NCBI GenBank assembly: GCA_964453605.1
Contig: CAYVOI010000001.1
Span: 676,095 to 740,094 of the forward strand
DNA length: 64,000 nucleotides
From: an uncultured Gammaproteobacteria bacterium
Lineage (GTDB): Bacteria; Patescibacteriota; Patescibacteriia; Veblenbacterales; UBA10138
Reading direction: 5' to 3'
Shown here: piece by piece, positions 1 to 8,217 of the stretch
Numbering within the stretch: position 1 is the first letter of the stretch
How the letters are laid out: the number at the start of each line of letters is the position of its first letter
Translations under genes and position numbers: made by a program
The notes under the pieces: generated by a model
The model's input: only the letters and a program-made list of their open reading frames with translations
The model's database searches: none
Told to the model about the DNA's origin: nothing

Positions 1-417
1 GACACCTGGCACCGCGACACTGCCTACAACACCACGCCAGCCGACGCTGAGGCAGTACAGCTTATCGACCATGTGGCGGGCAGCACGCCCTACGTAGTAC
101 TTGCGAACCAAGCCGTGGCTGCGGCGGCCATACGCGAGTTTGGCTTCACACACTACTACGCGGGCAACTTCTACTACCCTGTGCCCACCGGCACTAACCC
201 TCTGTACCAGGTCTACAGCGCTGCCACGGAAACTGGCACACCCACACGCGCCACCGTAGCCCGCGCCGCTGAGCTCGGTGGCGTAAACCAAGTGTACCTG
301 GTTTTAAACCGCTACTGGGCCGACTTCCTAACGCTGACGCCGGTAGCAATTAAAGAAGCTAACCAGCGCTGGGTCGTAGCCGACGACCGCGTAGAGGTGT
401 TCAGGTACGATTTCTGA
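1..417 (+). CDS. 3' end of a hypothetical (probably membrane/envelope) protein, truncated by the window edge
   Basis: ORF 73..417 is open back to the window start and is followed by a hairpin at 439-469. Confidence 0.6.
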   Translation, partial: DTWHRDTAYNTTPADAEAVQLIDHVAGSTPYVVLANQAVAAAAIREFGFTHYYAGNFYYPVPTGTNPLYQVYSAATETGTPTRATVARAAELGGVNQVYLVLNRYWADFLTLTPVAIKEANQRWVVADDRVEVFRYDF

Positions 418-438
418 TAGCGTAGTAATACTAAAAGA

Positions 439-469
439 CATGGGTGAGCGATATTGCTGCCCACCCATG
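439..469. terminator. Hairpin between convergent genes
   Basis: CATGGGTG...CACCCATG inverted repeat, followed by TCTTTT on the minus strand. Confidence 0.55.
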
Positions 470-505
470 CATGTATGAAGGGGTACCTATTGTTGGTACT
501 TAGGT

Positions 506-534
506 AGTATACCTATGCCCACGACACGGGTCAA
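506..534 (-). promoter_or_regulatory. sigma70-like promoter
   Basis: TTGACC-N17-TATACT on the minus strand. Confidence 0.5.
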
Positions 535-556
535 GGACATCGCCTGTGATGATGGC

Positions 557-1744
557 TCACGCCAGGGCGACAAGTTTTTTAACGTAACCCTCTAGAGTTC
601 GGTCAGCAAAAGCGCGGCTCCCCTTGAGCCCAGCGCGCAACAAGTCGCCCGGATTATCTAAACACCAGGTAAGCTTCTGTACAAACTCCTGCCTATCGGC
701 TGGGGTATAGAGCCAGCCAGTTTCACCCTCACGAATAAGCTCAGGTATACCACCAACGCGTACCGCCAGTACCGGCGTACCAGCCAGGAACGACTTAGCA
801 ATGGAACCTGGTGAGTTCTCGTAGCAGAGAGATGGCACAATAGTGAGGTGGGCCGAGGTGTAGTGTTCATCTATTTCCGCTTGTGTTACTAACCAGTGGA
901 GTTTGAAGCGACTATCATTTCCCATAAGAGCTCGCGTCTGCTGCAAACGCGCCTTGTCACCGCGAGCCACTAGGTGGAGCTCAAAATCTTGCCGCGGCAA
1001 CGTTTTCAGTGCCTCTATCAGCCAGAACACGCCCTTGTGCACCTCGAGCTGGCCATCGTAGAGAAGCTTCAGCGGCTTGTTCGTAGTTTTTGTATGTGGT
1101 TGGTTCTGAGCCAGCGGCACCGGGTTCGGCAGTACAGCAGTCTTGCTATGAGCGAAAAACCCACGAGCGCTGTGCCGCTCCAGCAGCCACTCAGACGGTG
1201 ACACGGCTACCGCCACCGGGGCAAACAAACGCTTGGTACACTGCTGGTACAACCTCATGGGTAGGCTGAGCTTATCTTTACCCCAGAGGAACAGGCCCGA
1301 GGGGTGCAGGAGCTGCACATCGTGCAGGATATGAATCTGCGTAAGGCCTAATCGCTTTACCGCGCGTGGGATGAGGAACGAAAGCCCCATCAAGTTCGAG
1401 CTTATAACCAGGTCGGGTTGAGTACTTCGTAGTAGACGTTCAACCACTCGAGCCGCTGGCACGTTCCACAAGTTCCAAAGCTGCCACAGGAACCGCACGG
1501 GGTACGGCACGCGGGCAGCGTACAGGTAGTGGTAGAGGTTCAAGGGGAAAAACCGGTACACCTGTACCCCACCCTCCTCGTGGAGCTTGGGCCTAAAGCT
1601 CTTAACACTCTTCCATGGCACCGTGGTTATAACCGTAACCTGGTGCCCCTGCCGCCTGAGCTCAAGCACCATCTCGTGGGCCAGGTACTCAGCCCCGCCA
1701 CGAACAAACGGCGGGTACAAGTTGGTGAGTAGAGCAATCTTCAT
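557..1744 (-). CDS. Glycosyltransferase family 4 (GT-B)
   Basis: MKIALLTNLYPP..GGAE N-terminus, HKG and PSLCYENSP..GGIPE motifs; likely start ATG 1744 (ORF track gives 1786). Confidence 0.9.
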   Translation of the reverse strand: MKIALLTNLYPPFVRGGAEYLAHEMVLELRRQGHQVTVITTVPWKSVKSFRPKLHEEGGVQVYRFFPLNLYHYLYAARVPYPVRFLWQLWNLWNVPAARVVERLLRSTQPDLVISSNLMGLSFLIPRAVKRLGLTQIHILHDVQLLHPSGLFLWGKDKLSLPMRLYQQCTKRLFAPVAVAVSPSEWLLERHSARGFFAHSKTAVLPNPVPLAQNQPHTKTTNKPLKLLYDGQLEVHKGVFWLIEALKTLPRQDFELHLVARGDKARLQQTRALMGNDSRFKLHWLVTQAEIDEHYTSAHLTIVPSLCYENSPGSIAKSFLAGTPVLAVRVGGIPELIREGETGWLYTPADRQEFVQKLTWCLDNPGDLLRAGLKGSRAFADRTLEGYVKKLVALA

Positions 1745-1903
1745 CCCGGTAGTAGAACTTTGAAACGTCTCTGCATAAACAGACATACGTTAAGCCGACG
1801 CGTTAGCAATCTACGCCCTTGACTGATTTTACGATAGCGCCCCCGACACTGAGCGTCCAGTTTGTACTTGACGAACATAACCATTCAAAGTTTCACTACC
1901 GGG

Positions 1904-3028
1904 TCATAACGCTTGTCGGTACAGCTGCCGCAGCCGTTCGCCAATCGCTTCCCAGCGGTACTCTTGTTGAACCACCGCGTGGCCCCGGTCACCAAAAGCC
2001 CGTGCCTCTTGGGGCGAGCCTAACAGATGGTCGAGCGCAGCGGCCAGCGCCGTGGGGTCACCCGGTTGCACCAGCAAACCAGTCTGGTGCTCGCGGACCA
2101 CAGCCCTCACCCCGGGGAGCCTCGTAGCTACAACCGGAATGCCACAGGCCATGGCTTGGAGCAGCACTAGGCCAAAGGTTTCGGCTCCGCCTGAACTTGG
2201 TAGCACGAACACCGAAGCCAACCTAAAGTAGCTCGGCAGCTCGCCCTCAGGCACAAACCCCACAAACTGCACCTGGCGCCCCAAGCCCAAAGCCTTAGCC
2301 TGCATTTCATAGGTCGGCCGAGCATTACCTTTCCCAACTATCACCAGACGCCAGGTACGGTGCTTAAGGTGCGCTAGAGCTTGGAGCAGCACGCTTACAC
2401 CCTTAAAGGCGTGAGCTGCATCAAGCGAGCCAACAAAAAGTACTACGGGCATGTGCTCAGGAATGCCAAGAGAGTGTTCCAACGCTTGCGACGGTTCTCC
2501 TGGCTGGTACTGCTCGGCAACCCCGGGTGGCAGCACCTGCCACTTGTCTCGGTGCCCCAAGCGCGGCAGCGCCACGGTTTCTAGGTAGTCTTGCGTTTGC
2601 GTTATGAGGAGACTAGCTCGCTTAGCCAGGTAAGCCTCACTACCAGTACCTAAGTGCCGGAGGAACCAACCCTTTAACCCTCCGGCTTCAGCCACCATAT
2701 GGTACGTAACTACGAGCTTAACTCGCCGCGGTAAAAACCGTAGGAACTCTTGGGCGCCAAAGAAAGGGTAGTGCAGGTGTACGACATCAAACTTCCTCAG
2801 GCGCCAGATGAGCTGCGGCAGGAGCGCGGCATTGCCAAAGCTGCCCCAGGGTTTAAGTGCCACCACCCGAACGCCAGGTGCATTCGTGAACGAACAGCGA
2901 CCACCATAGCGTGGTGTAAACACTGTCACCTCGTGCTCAGGAGCCAACAGCCGAGCGGTGTGGTAGGCCGTATGGCCAATGCCCCCACCATAGGGCGGGT
3001 ACACACAAGTAAGTACAGCAACACGCAT
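1904..3028 (-). CDS. Glycosyltransferase family 4
   Basis: YPPYGGG, FKGV, ETFGLVLLQAMACG motifs. Confidence 0.92.
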   Translation of the reverse strand: MRVAVLTCVYPPYGGGIGHTAYHTARLLAPEHEVTVFTPRYGGRCSFTNAPGVRVVALKPWGSFGNAALLPQLIWRLRKFDVVHLHYPFFGAQEFLRFLPRRVKLVVTYHMVAEAGGLKGWFLRHLGTGSEAYLAKRASLLITQTQDYLETVALPRLGHRDKWQVLPPGVAEQYQPGEPSQALEHSLGIPEHMPVVLFVGSLDAAHAFKGVSVLLQALAHLKHRTWRLVIVGKGNARPTYEMQAKALGLGRQVQFVGFVPEGELPSYFRLASVFVLPSSGGAETFGLVLLQAMACGIPVVATRLPGVRAVVREHQTGLLVQPGDPTALAAALDHLLGSPQEARAFGDRGHAVVQQEYRWEAIGERLRQLYRQAL

Positions 3029-3032
3029 AGCC

Positions 3033-4082
3033 TTAAGAACGAATAAGTGGATACAGCAACCACCAGACCGCGCGGCTCACAGGGTTAAATACGTAGTCTA
3101 CTACTGGGCTCTCTACCTCCTGAAAGGTAACACTAGCCGAAGCGTAACGCAGCATCTCCCTGTCACTTAACTTACCCAAGGTCCTGAGCTGTCGGCGCCG
3201 ATGCGTAATGCCGACCCAAGTACGAGGGCGCAGTACGTACGCATAAGCCTTAAGCTTCTCAGCTGCCCAACCTTGAAAAATCGCTACCAACAAAAGCGGC
3301 ACTTCAGACAGAAGCCAAAGCACAATAATGAAGGCCAGTGTCTGTGGTTTAAAATAGGACAACCACACAACAAACCGATTACGCTCCATAAAGTAGTAGC
3401 TCTGGGTACTCCGGTGAAACTCGTAGTAGTGTACGACCTTGGCCTCAGGACAAACGGCCAAGGCTAATCCGGCTAGGCGAAAACGAAAGCAGAGCTCAAG
3501 GTCTTCATGGTACATGAAGAGCTCTTCATCAAACAAACCGCATTGACGTAAGGCGGACGACCGTATGAGCACCGCCGCACATGAAAGGTATGGCGGCTCA
3601 GTACCTGCTTTGAGCCAGGGAAGTCGCGCCTCAGCTTCAGCATAGGTTGCCTGGTACCCACCAGCAAAACCAAAACCTAGGTAGTGGAAACAGTTACCAA
3701 GAGAGTTCACCTGACCGTTGGGTAGGAATATGGCTGGCTGCACGGCAGCTACAGTGGGACTATGTGCCAAAACTGCCACCAAGCGTGATAAGGCACCCTC
3801 CGTGAGCTCTGCGTCTTGGTTTAAGAGCATGACCGCCTCCGCGCCGTCATTCATAGCCTGCTGTATACCAACGTTGTTGCCCCCAGCAAAACCTAGGTTT
3901 TGCTGTTCTCGGATGAGCCTAACGGTGGGAAAGCTTTGCTCTACCAAACGAGCAGACCCGTCGGCCGAAGCGTTGTCAACCACATAGACCGGCGCCTCGG
4001 GTGCAAAACGCTGACACGACAACAAGGCCTGGCCAAGCCAGCGCTCGCCGTTGTAGCTCACCATAACAATCGCCGTGCGCAT
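3033..4082 (-). CDS. Glycosyltransferase family 2 (WbbL-like)
   Basis: VVDNASADGS, NLGFAGGNN, LLNQD, FMYHEDLELC; likely start ATG 4082. Confidence 0.9.
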   Translation of the reverse strand: MRTAIVMVSYNGERWLGQALLSCQRFAPEAPVYVVDNASADGSARLVEQSFPTVRLIREQQNLGFAGGNNVGIQQAMNDGAEAVMLLNQDAELTEGALSRLVAVLAHSPTVAAVQPAIFLPNGQVNSLGNCFHYLGFGFAGGYQATYAEAEARLPWLKAGTEPPYLSCAAVLIRSSALRQCGLFDEELFMYHEDLELCFRFRLAGLALAVCPEAKVVHYYEFHRSTQSYYFMERNRFVVWLSYFKPQTLAFIIVLWLLSEVPLLLVAIFQGWAAEKLKAYAYVLRPRTWVGITHRRRQLRTLGKLSDREMLRYASASVTFQEVESPVVDYVFNPVSRAVWWLLYPLIRS

Positions 4083-4100
4083 ACCCCAAGACCACGCCAC

Positions 4101-4547
4101 CTACTTCACCCGTGCCTTACGTGAACGTAGGTAGCTATCGAGTGAAAACTTATCAGGTTCAAACCCTGTGAGCGCCAACGCAGCACCCAAGAGCCCGACG
4201 TTTTTCCAAATAACGTTAAAGTTAAACAAGGCAAAGAATAGCAGGAACAGAACAGTAGAGAGTAACGCAGCTAGCTCTAGCCAGAGCCCGGTAACTAGCA
4301 AAAGGCCTAGGGCTATTTCGGCTACCGATTGCAGCCGTACGAACACCTCCGGGTCAAATGGTAACCAGTAGAGCGTGCTCACAAAGTCTATAGCCTCGGC
4401 TCGATTGGTACAGACGCCGATAGCTCCAGGAATATCGATTACCTTGCTGAGGCCCGACCACAGAAACACCAAACCTAAGGCCAGGCGCAACACCAAGGCG
4501 GTGTAAGGTGCAAGGCGGCGGCGCCAGGCTGTAAGCATAGCTGACAT
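4101..4547 (-). CDS. DoxX-family membrane protein
   Basis: LRLALGLVFLWSGLSK and E..LGLLL motifs, hydrophobic helices. Confidence 0.8.
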   Translation of the reverse strand: MSAMLTAWRRRLAPYTALVLRLALGLVFLWSGLSKVIDIPGAIGVCTNRAEAIDFVSTLYWLPFDPEVFVRLQSVAEIALGLLLVTGLWLELAALLSTVLFLLFFALFNFNVIWKNVGLLGAALALTGFEPDKFSLDSYLRSRKARVK

Positions 4548-4549
4548 AC

Positions 4550-4918
4550 CTAGGCACTACGGTTTTCGGCCTTACCTTTACCGTCCGCACCCTTTTCTTC
4601 AGGCTTCAGGGCCAGCGTGCGCACCAGCGTAGTTATGTTGCGATTAAGCTGCTCCAAGCGTACAAACACCTTGAACGAAAGGTAGAACAGGAGCAGGAGG
4701 GCCAAGTACACCACCAGGTCACTCCCCCGCCCTACACCTAACACCTGGGCCAGGTATGAAGCTACCTCCGGCACCAACCCCACCACACCAACCGCGGCCC
4801 AGAGTGCAAACCACTCCACAAAGGCACCAGGCGTAAGCTCCCCGGACCGTAAGCGGCCCCACAGCCGCCACCACACCGCGAGCACCACTAAGAGTATAAA
4901 AAATTGGATACCTGACAT
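4550..4918 (-). CDS. DUF2304-family membrane protein
   Basis: LGVGRGSDLVVY motif and C-terminal ITTLVRTLAL; adjacent to a DPM-synthase-like GT2; likely start 4918. Confidence 0.8.
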   Translation of the reverse strand: MSGIQFFILLVVLAVWWRLWGRLRSGELTPGAFVEWFALWAAVGVVGLVPEVASYLAQVLGVGRGSDLVVYLALLLLFYLSFKVFVRLEQLNRNITTLVRTLALKPEEKGADGKGKAENRSA

Positions 4919-4925
4919 AAAGGTA

Positions 4926-5600
4926 CTAGCGCACGAGCTTACCGAGCAGTAAGTCTTTAACAATTTTGAGGGCCGGGAGCCGGCCCTGCTTGCTGCCGAG
5001 TTTGCTCTCGGTAGTATAGCGCACTGTCACTGGCACCTCTACCAGAGGTACGTGCAAACGTACCAACTCATCTACCACTTCAGAGCTGTAGGCCATGCGG
5101 TCCTGGGCAAGGTGCATGGATCTCAGAGCCTCGGCGGTAAAAGCACGGAACCCGTTGTGGGCGTCGGTGAGCTTGATACCTGAAACTGCCCAGGTGAAGA
5201 GTATAGCAAGCTTAAGCGTGAAACGCCGGAGGGTTGGCAACCCGAGCGTGGTACCCAAGAAACGCGAGCCGAACACGGCACTGGGGGCCCCTGGGGTCAG
5301 CTTAGCAATGAGTGTCGGGATTTCCGTGGCCTCAAACTGACCATCAGCATCAAAGTGAACTACCACATCGGCTCCCTGCGCCAAGGCGTAGGCCGTGCCG
5401 GTGGTAAGGGCTGCCCCGTAACCACGATTAACCCCATGCCGCAGCACCACTGCACCAGCCTCACGCGCCACCTCAGCCGTACGGTCAGTTGACCCATCAT
5501 CAACCACTACCGTAAACTGCGCAAACGGCCGTACCGCAGCAACTGCTTTGGCCACGTTACGTTCTTCTTGGCACGCTGGTATAACCACCGCCACCTTCAT
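4926..5600 (-). CDS. GT2 polyprenol-phosphate glycosyltransferase (DPM1-like)
   Basis: VVDDGSTD, NRGYGAAL, FDADGQ, GSRF, TDAHNGFRA. Confidence 0.9.
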   Translation of the reverse strand: MKVAVVIPACQEERNVAKAVAAVRPFAQFTVVVDDGSTDRTAEVAREAGAVVLRHGVNRGYGAALTTGTAYALAQGADVVVHFDADGQFEATEIPTLIAKLTPGAPSAVFGSRFLGTTLGLPTLRRFTLKLAILFTWAVSGIKLTDAHNGFRAFTAEALRSMHLAQDRMAYSSEVVDELVRLHVPLVEVPVTVRYTTESKLGSKQGRLPALKIVKDLLLGKLVR

Positions 5601-6523
5601 AAGTACTTTGGGTTATCTTTAAACCACTTGAGTGTCTGGCGTAAACCTTCAGTCAGGGGTACCTGCGGCTTCCAGCCCAACTCGCGCTCAGCCCGCCGCG
5701 GGCTCAAGGCACTCCGCTTAACATCACCCGGCCGGAGCGGCCCGTACTCCACCTGGGGCACGGTGCCCACTACCTCACCAAACCGCACCACGAGCTCGCG
5801 CACGGAGATGTCACGCCCAGTACTGAGATTATACACACCTGTACCCTGTTGCAGGGCCGCCAGCATACCCTGGGCCACGTCGGTCACGTAAATGTAATCA
5901 CGAGTTTGGTCACCGTGACCATGAATGGTAAGTGGTTGCCCTACGGTGAGTGCACGAGCGAACACACCAACTACCCCACCCTCACCACCCGCACCAGCCC
6001 GCGGGCCATAGACGTTGGCTGGACGCACCACTACAGTAGCGAGCCCCGAGGTTCGGGTGTAGTAGTCAAGGTAACGCTCAATGGTGTACTTTGACAAGGC
6101 ATAGGGTGAACGAGGATCAAGGTTTTCGGTTTCCACGGTCGGAATGGTAGTAGGTTCGCCGTAGACCGCGGCCGAAGAGGTAAAGAGCACCTTCTTCACA
6201 CTCGAGCCAGCTAGAGCGTTAAGCAGATTCAGGCTACCTACAATGTTTACCTCAGCATCGTGCACCGGGTCGGCTTGCGAACGCGGTACGCTCGATTGCG
6301 CCGCCAGGTGGCAAACGTAGGTAGGCTTGAGACGGGCAATTACTGTGCTGAGCTTCGGCGAGCAGACGTCGAGCTTGTAGAACGTAGCCGCCTTGGGCAC
6401 AAAGCCTCGGCGCCCGCTCGACAGGTCATCCACCACGCTCACCTGAAAATGAGCGCGGAGGGCAGCTTCGCAGAGGTGGGAACCTATGAACCCGGCGCCG
6501 CCAGTTATGAGAACGTGTTCCAT
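5597..6523 (-). CDS. NAD-dependent epimerase (UDP-glucose 4-epimerase-like)
   Basis: TGGAGFIGSH, HLAAQ, SSAAVYG, YALSK, NVYGP. Confidence 0.88.
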   Translation of the reverse strand: MEHVLITGGAGFIGSHLCEAALRAHFQVSVVDDLSSGRRGFVPKAATFYKLDVCSPKLSTVIARLKPTYVCHLAAQSSVPRSQADPVHDAEVNIVGSLNLLNALAGSSVKKVLFTSSAAVYGEPTTIPTVETENLDPRSPYALSKYTIERYLDYYTRTSGLATVVVRPANVYGPRAGAGGEGGVVGVFARALTVGQPLTIHGHGDQTRDYIYVTDVAQGMLAALQQGTGVYNLSTGRDISVRELVVRFGEVVGTVPQVEYGPLRPGDVKRSALSPRRAERELGWKPQVPLTEGLRQTLKWFKDNPKYL

Positions 6524-6559
6524 AGAGCAAGGCTTACCCTAGCCAGCGCTAGTCAGTAG

Positions 6560-6684
6560 TGCTGCCGCGACCGCGGTTCGCAGGGGCCTGCCGCCAGAGC
6601 TCAGCGACCGCCCCGTGACTAGCCCGGTCGCAGAGCTTAGCAGGCTGACCCTTGGTCACCCCTGCAACAGTGGCGAAGGTAGCA
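6560..6684 (+). ncRNA. Candidate structured RNA (rod with side hairpin), family unknown
   Basis: Nested pairs TGCTGCC/GGTAGCA, GCAGGGG/CCCCTGC, CCTGC/GCAGG, AGCTC/GAGCT, GCGACCG/CGGTCGC; G-U pairs favour the + strand. Confidence 0.4.
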
Positions 6685-6697
6685 ACCAGCATAGCAC

Positions 6698-7717
6698 TCA
6701 GGCCGTCGCTGGTATCCCGAGCATGCGGTGGTGGGCACGGAAGTAGTCAAGGGTGGCGGTTAAACCTTGCTCCAGAGGAATGAGCGGGAACCAGCCCAAC
6801 GTTTCTTTAGCCTTCGTAATATCAGGTAAGCCCTGCCTGACTTGGTACGGCAAGGGCTCTGCCGCGTCAACACCGACCTTGACTCCGACGAGCTTCTGAA
6901 TGAGGTCGGCCACCTCGCCAAACGTCCGCTGCTCTGGTGAACCAAGGTTAAAGGTACCTCCCGCCTCGTAGTCCATGAGCTTCAGCAAGCCTTCTACGGT
7001 GTCGCTGACGTAGCAGAAGGTTGACCGGGCTTCGGGTGAACCGTAAATGGTGAGTGGCTTACCTTGGAGTGCGTGCACAATAAAGTCGGGAATCATACGG
7101 CCGTCTGCCAGCTTCATGCGTGGGCCAAAGGTGTTGAAGATACGCGCGATGCGGACACTCAGGCCACGGTGCATACCGTAGTTCGTCACCAGGCTCTCAG
7201 CAAAGCGCTTACCCTCGTTGTAGCAGCTCCTGGGGCCCACCGGGTCTATGAAACCCCAGTAATCTTCCTTAAACGGTACGTGATCAGGTGGTTCGCCGTA
7301 GATGGCTGAGGTGGAAGCGTGGAGGAAGCGAGCACCGTAGTTCAGGGCGAGCTCCAACAGTACCTTAGTGCCCTCAGCGTTAGCCCGGAGTGTTTCTATT
7401 GGTAAACGGTTGTACTCACGGGGACTGGTCGGGCAGGCCAGGTTGTAAATTTCCTGTACGCCCTGAAAACGTACCTTGAATACCTCCAGGTCTGGTAAGG
7501 TATCAAGGTCCAAAGGCTCTACAATATCATGGCGCACGAACTTAAAATGTGGATTCTGGAGTAGAAGGTCGATGTTCTCCTCGCCGCCCGTGATAAAGCT
7601 ATCAATGCAAATAACGTTCCTGGTCTTTACCAGCTGGTCGCAGAGGTGGGAACCTATGAACCCGGCGCCACCAGCCACGAGTGCTGTAGGGCGGTCTAAA
7701 ATGTTCTTGTACGCCAT
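6698..7717 (-). CDS. UDP-glucuronate decarboxylase-like SDR
   Basis: GGAGFIGSHL, NLACPTSP, PRSCYNEGKR, RIFNTFGPRM..DGR. Confidence 0.88.
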   Translation of the reverse strand: MAYKNILDRPTALVAGGAGFIGSHLCDQLVKTRNVICIDSFITGGEENIDLLLQNPHFKFVRHDIVEPLDLDTLPDLEVFKVRFQGVQEIYNLACPTSPREYNRLPIETLRANAEGTKVLLELALNYGARFLHASTSAIYGEPPDHVPFKEDYWGFIDPVGPRSCYNEGKRFAESLVTNYGMHRGLSVRIARIFNTFGPRMKLADGRMIPDFIVHALQGKPLTIYGSPEARSTFCYVSDTVEGLLKLMDYEAGGTFNLGSPEQRTFGEVADLIQKLVGVKVGVDAAEPLPYQVRQGLPDITKAKETLGWFPLIPLEQGLTATLDYFRAHHRMLGIPATA

Positions 7718-7767
7718 ACGAAAGAGATAGTAAGTACCTAAGGTCTACCCTTAGTGTAGCCAAAAAT

Positions 7768-8214
7768 TCACGAACGTTCAATCGGCACCGCTGGTGCAAA
7801 AATGTACTGCCGGAGGGTAGTAAAGTAGACTAGCACAGCTACCGAGAGCACCAGTGCCTTAGCCAGCACATCGTAGACACCAAACGAACGCACCAAGAGC
7901 CACATACCAAACTGAATAAATGCCAGGTAGCAAAGGGTTACAACGAGGTACCGGAGGTACTGGCCAACTAGCGCCTGGCCGCTCCCCCGAAAGGTGAATT
8001 TCCTATTCCAGGCAAAATTATTGGTAGCGGCGCAGAGCGAAGACAGGGTGCTGGCGACTATGAAGTGCTGCTGCCAAAAGGCAAAGGGGCGCGTGAGCAG
8101 CAGGTAGACACCAAAGTCTACCATCGCACCACTGGCCCCCACCACGGCAAAACGGCTGAACTGCTTGAGCCAGGACCTGTACTCCAACCAGAGGCCGGCC
8201 AGCGTGCCTGCCAT
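7768..8214 (-). CDS. GtrA-family flippase
   Basis: RFAVVG..VD, NNFAWNRKFTF, four TM helices. Confidence 0.85.
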   Translation of the reverse strand: MAGTLAGLWLEYRSWLKQFSRFAVVGASGAMVDFGVYLLLTRPFAFWQQHFIVASTLSSLCAATNNFAWNRKFTFRGSGQALVGQYLRYLVVTLCYLAFIQFGMWLLVRSFGVYDVLAKALVLSVAVLVYFTTLRQYIFAPAVPIERS

Positions 8215-8217
8215 ATC

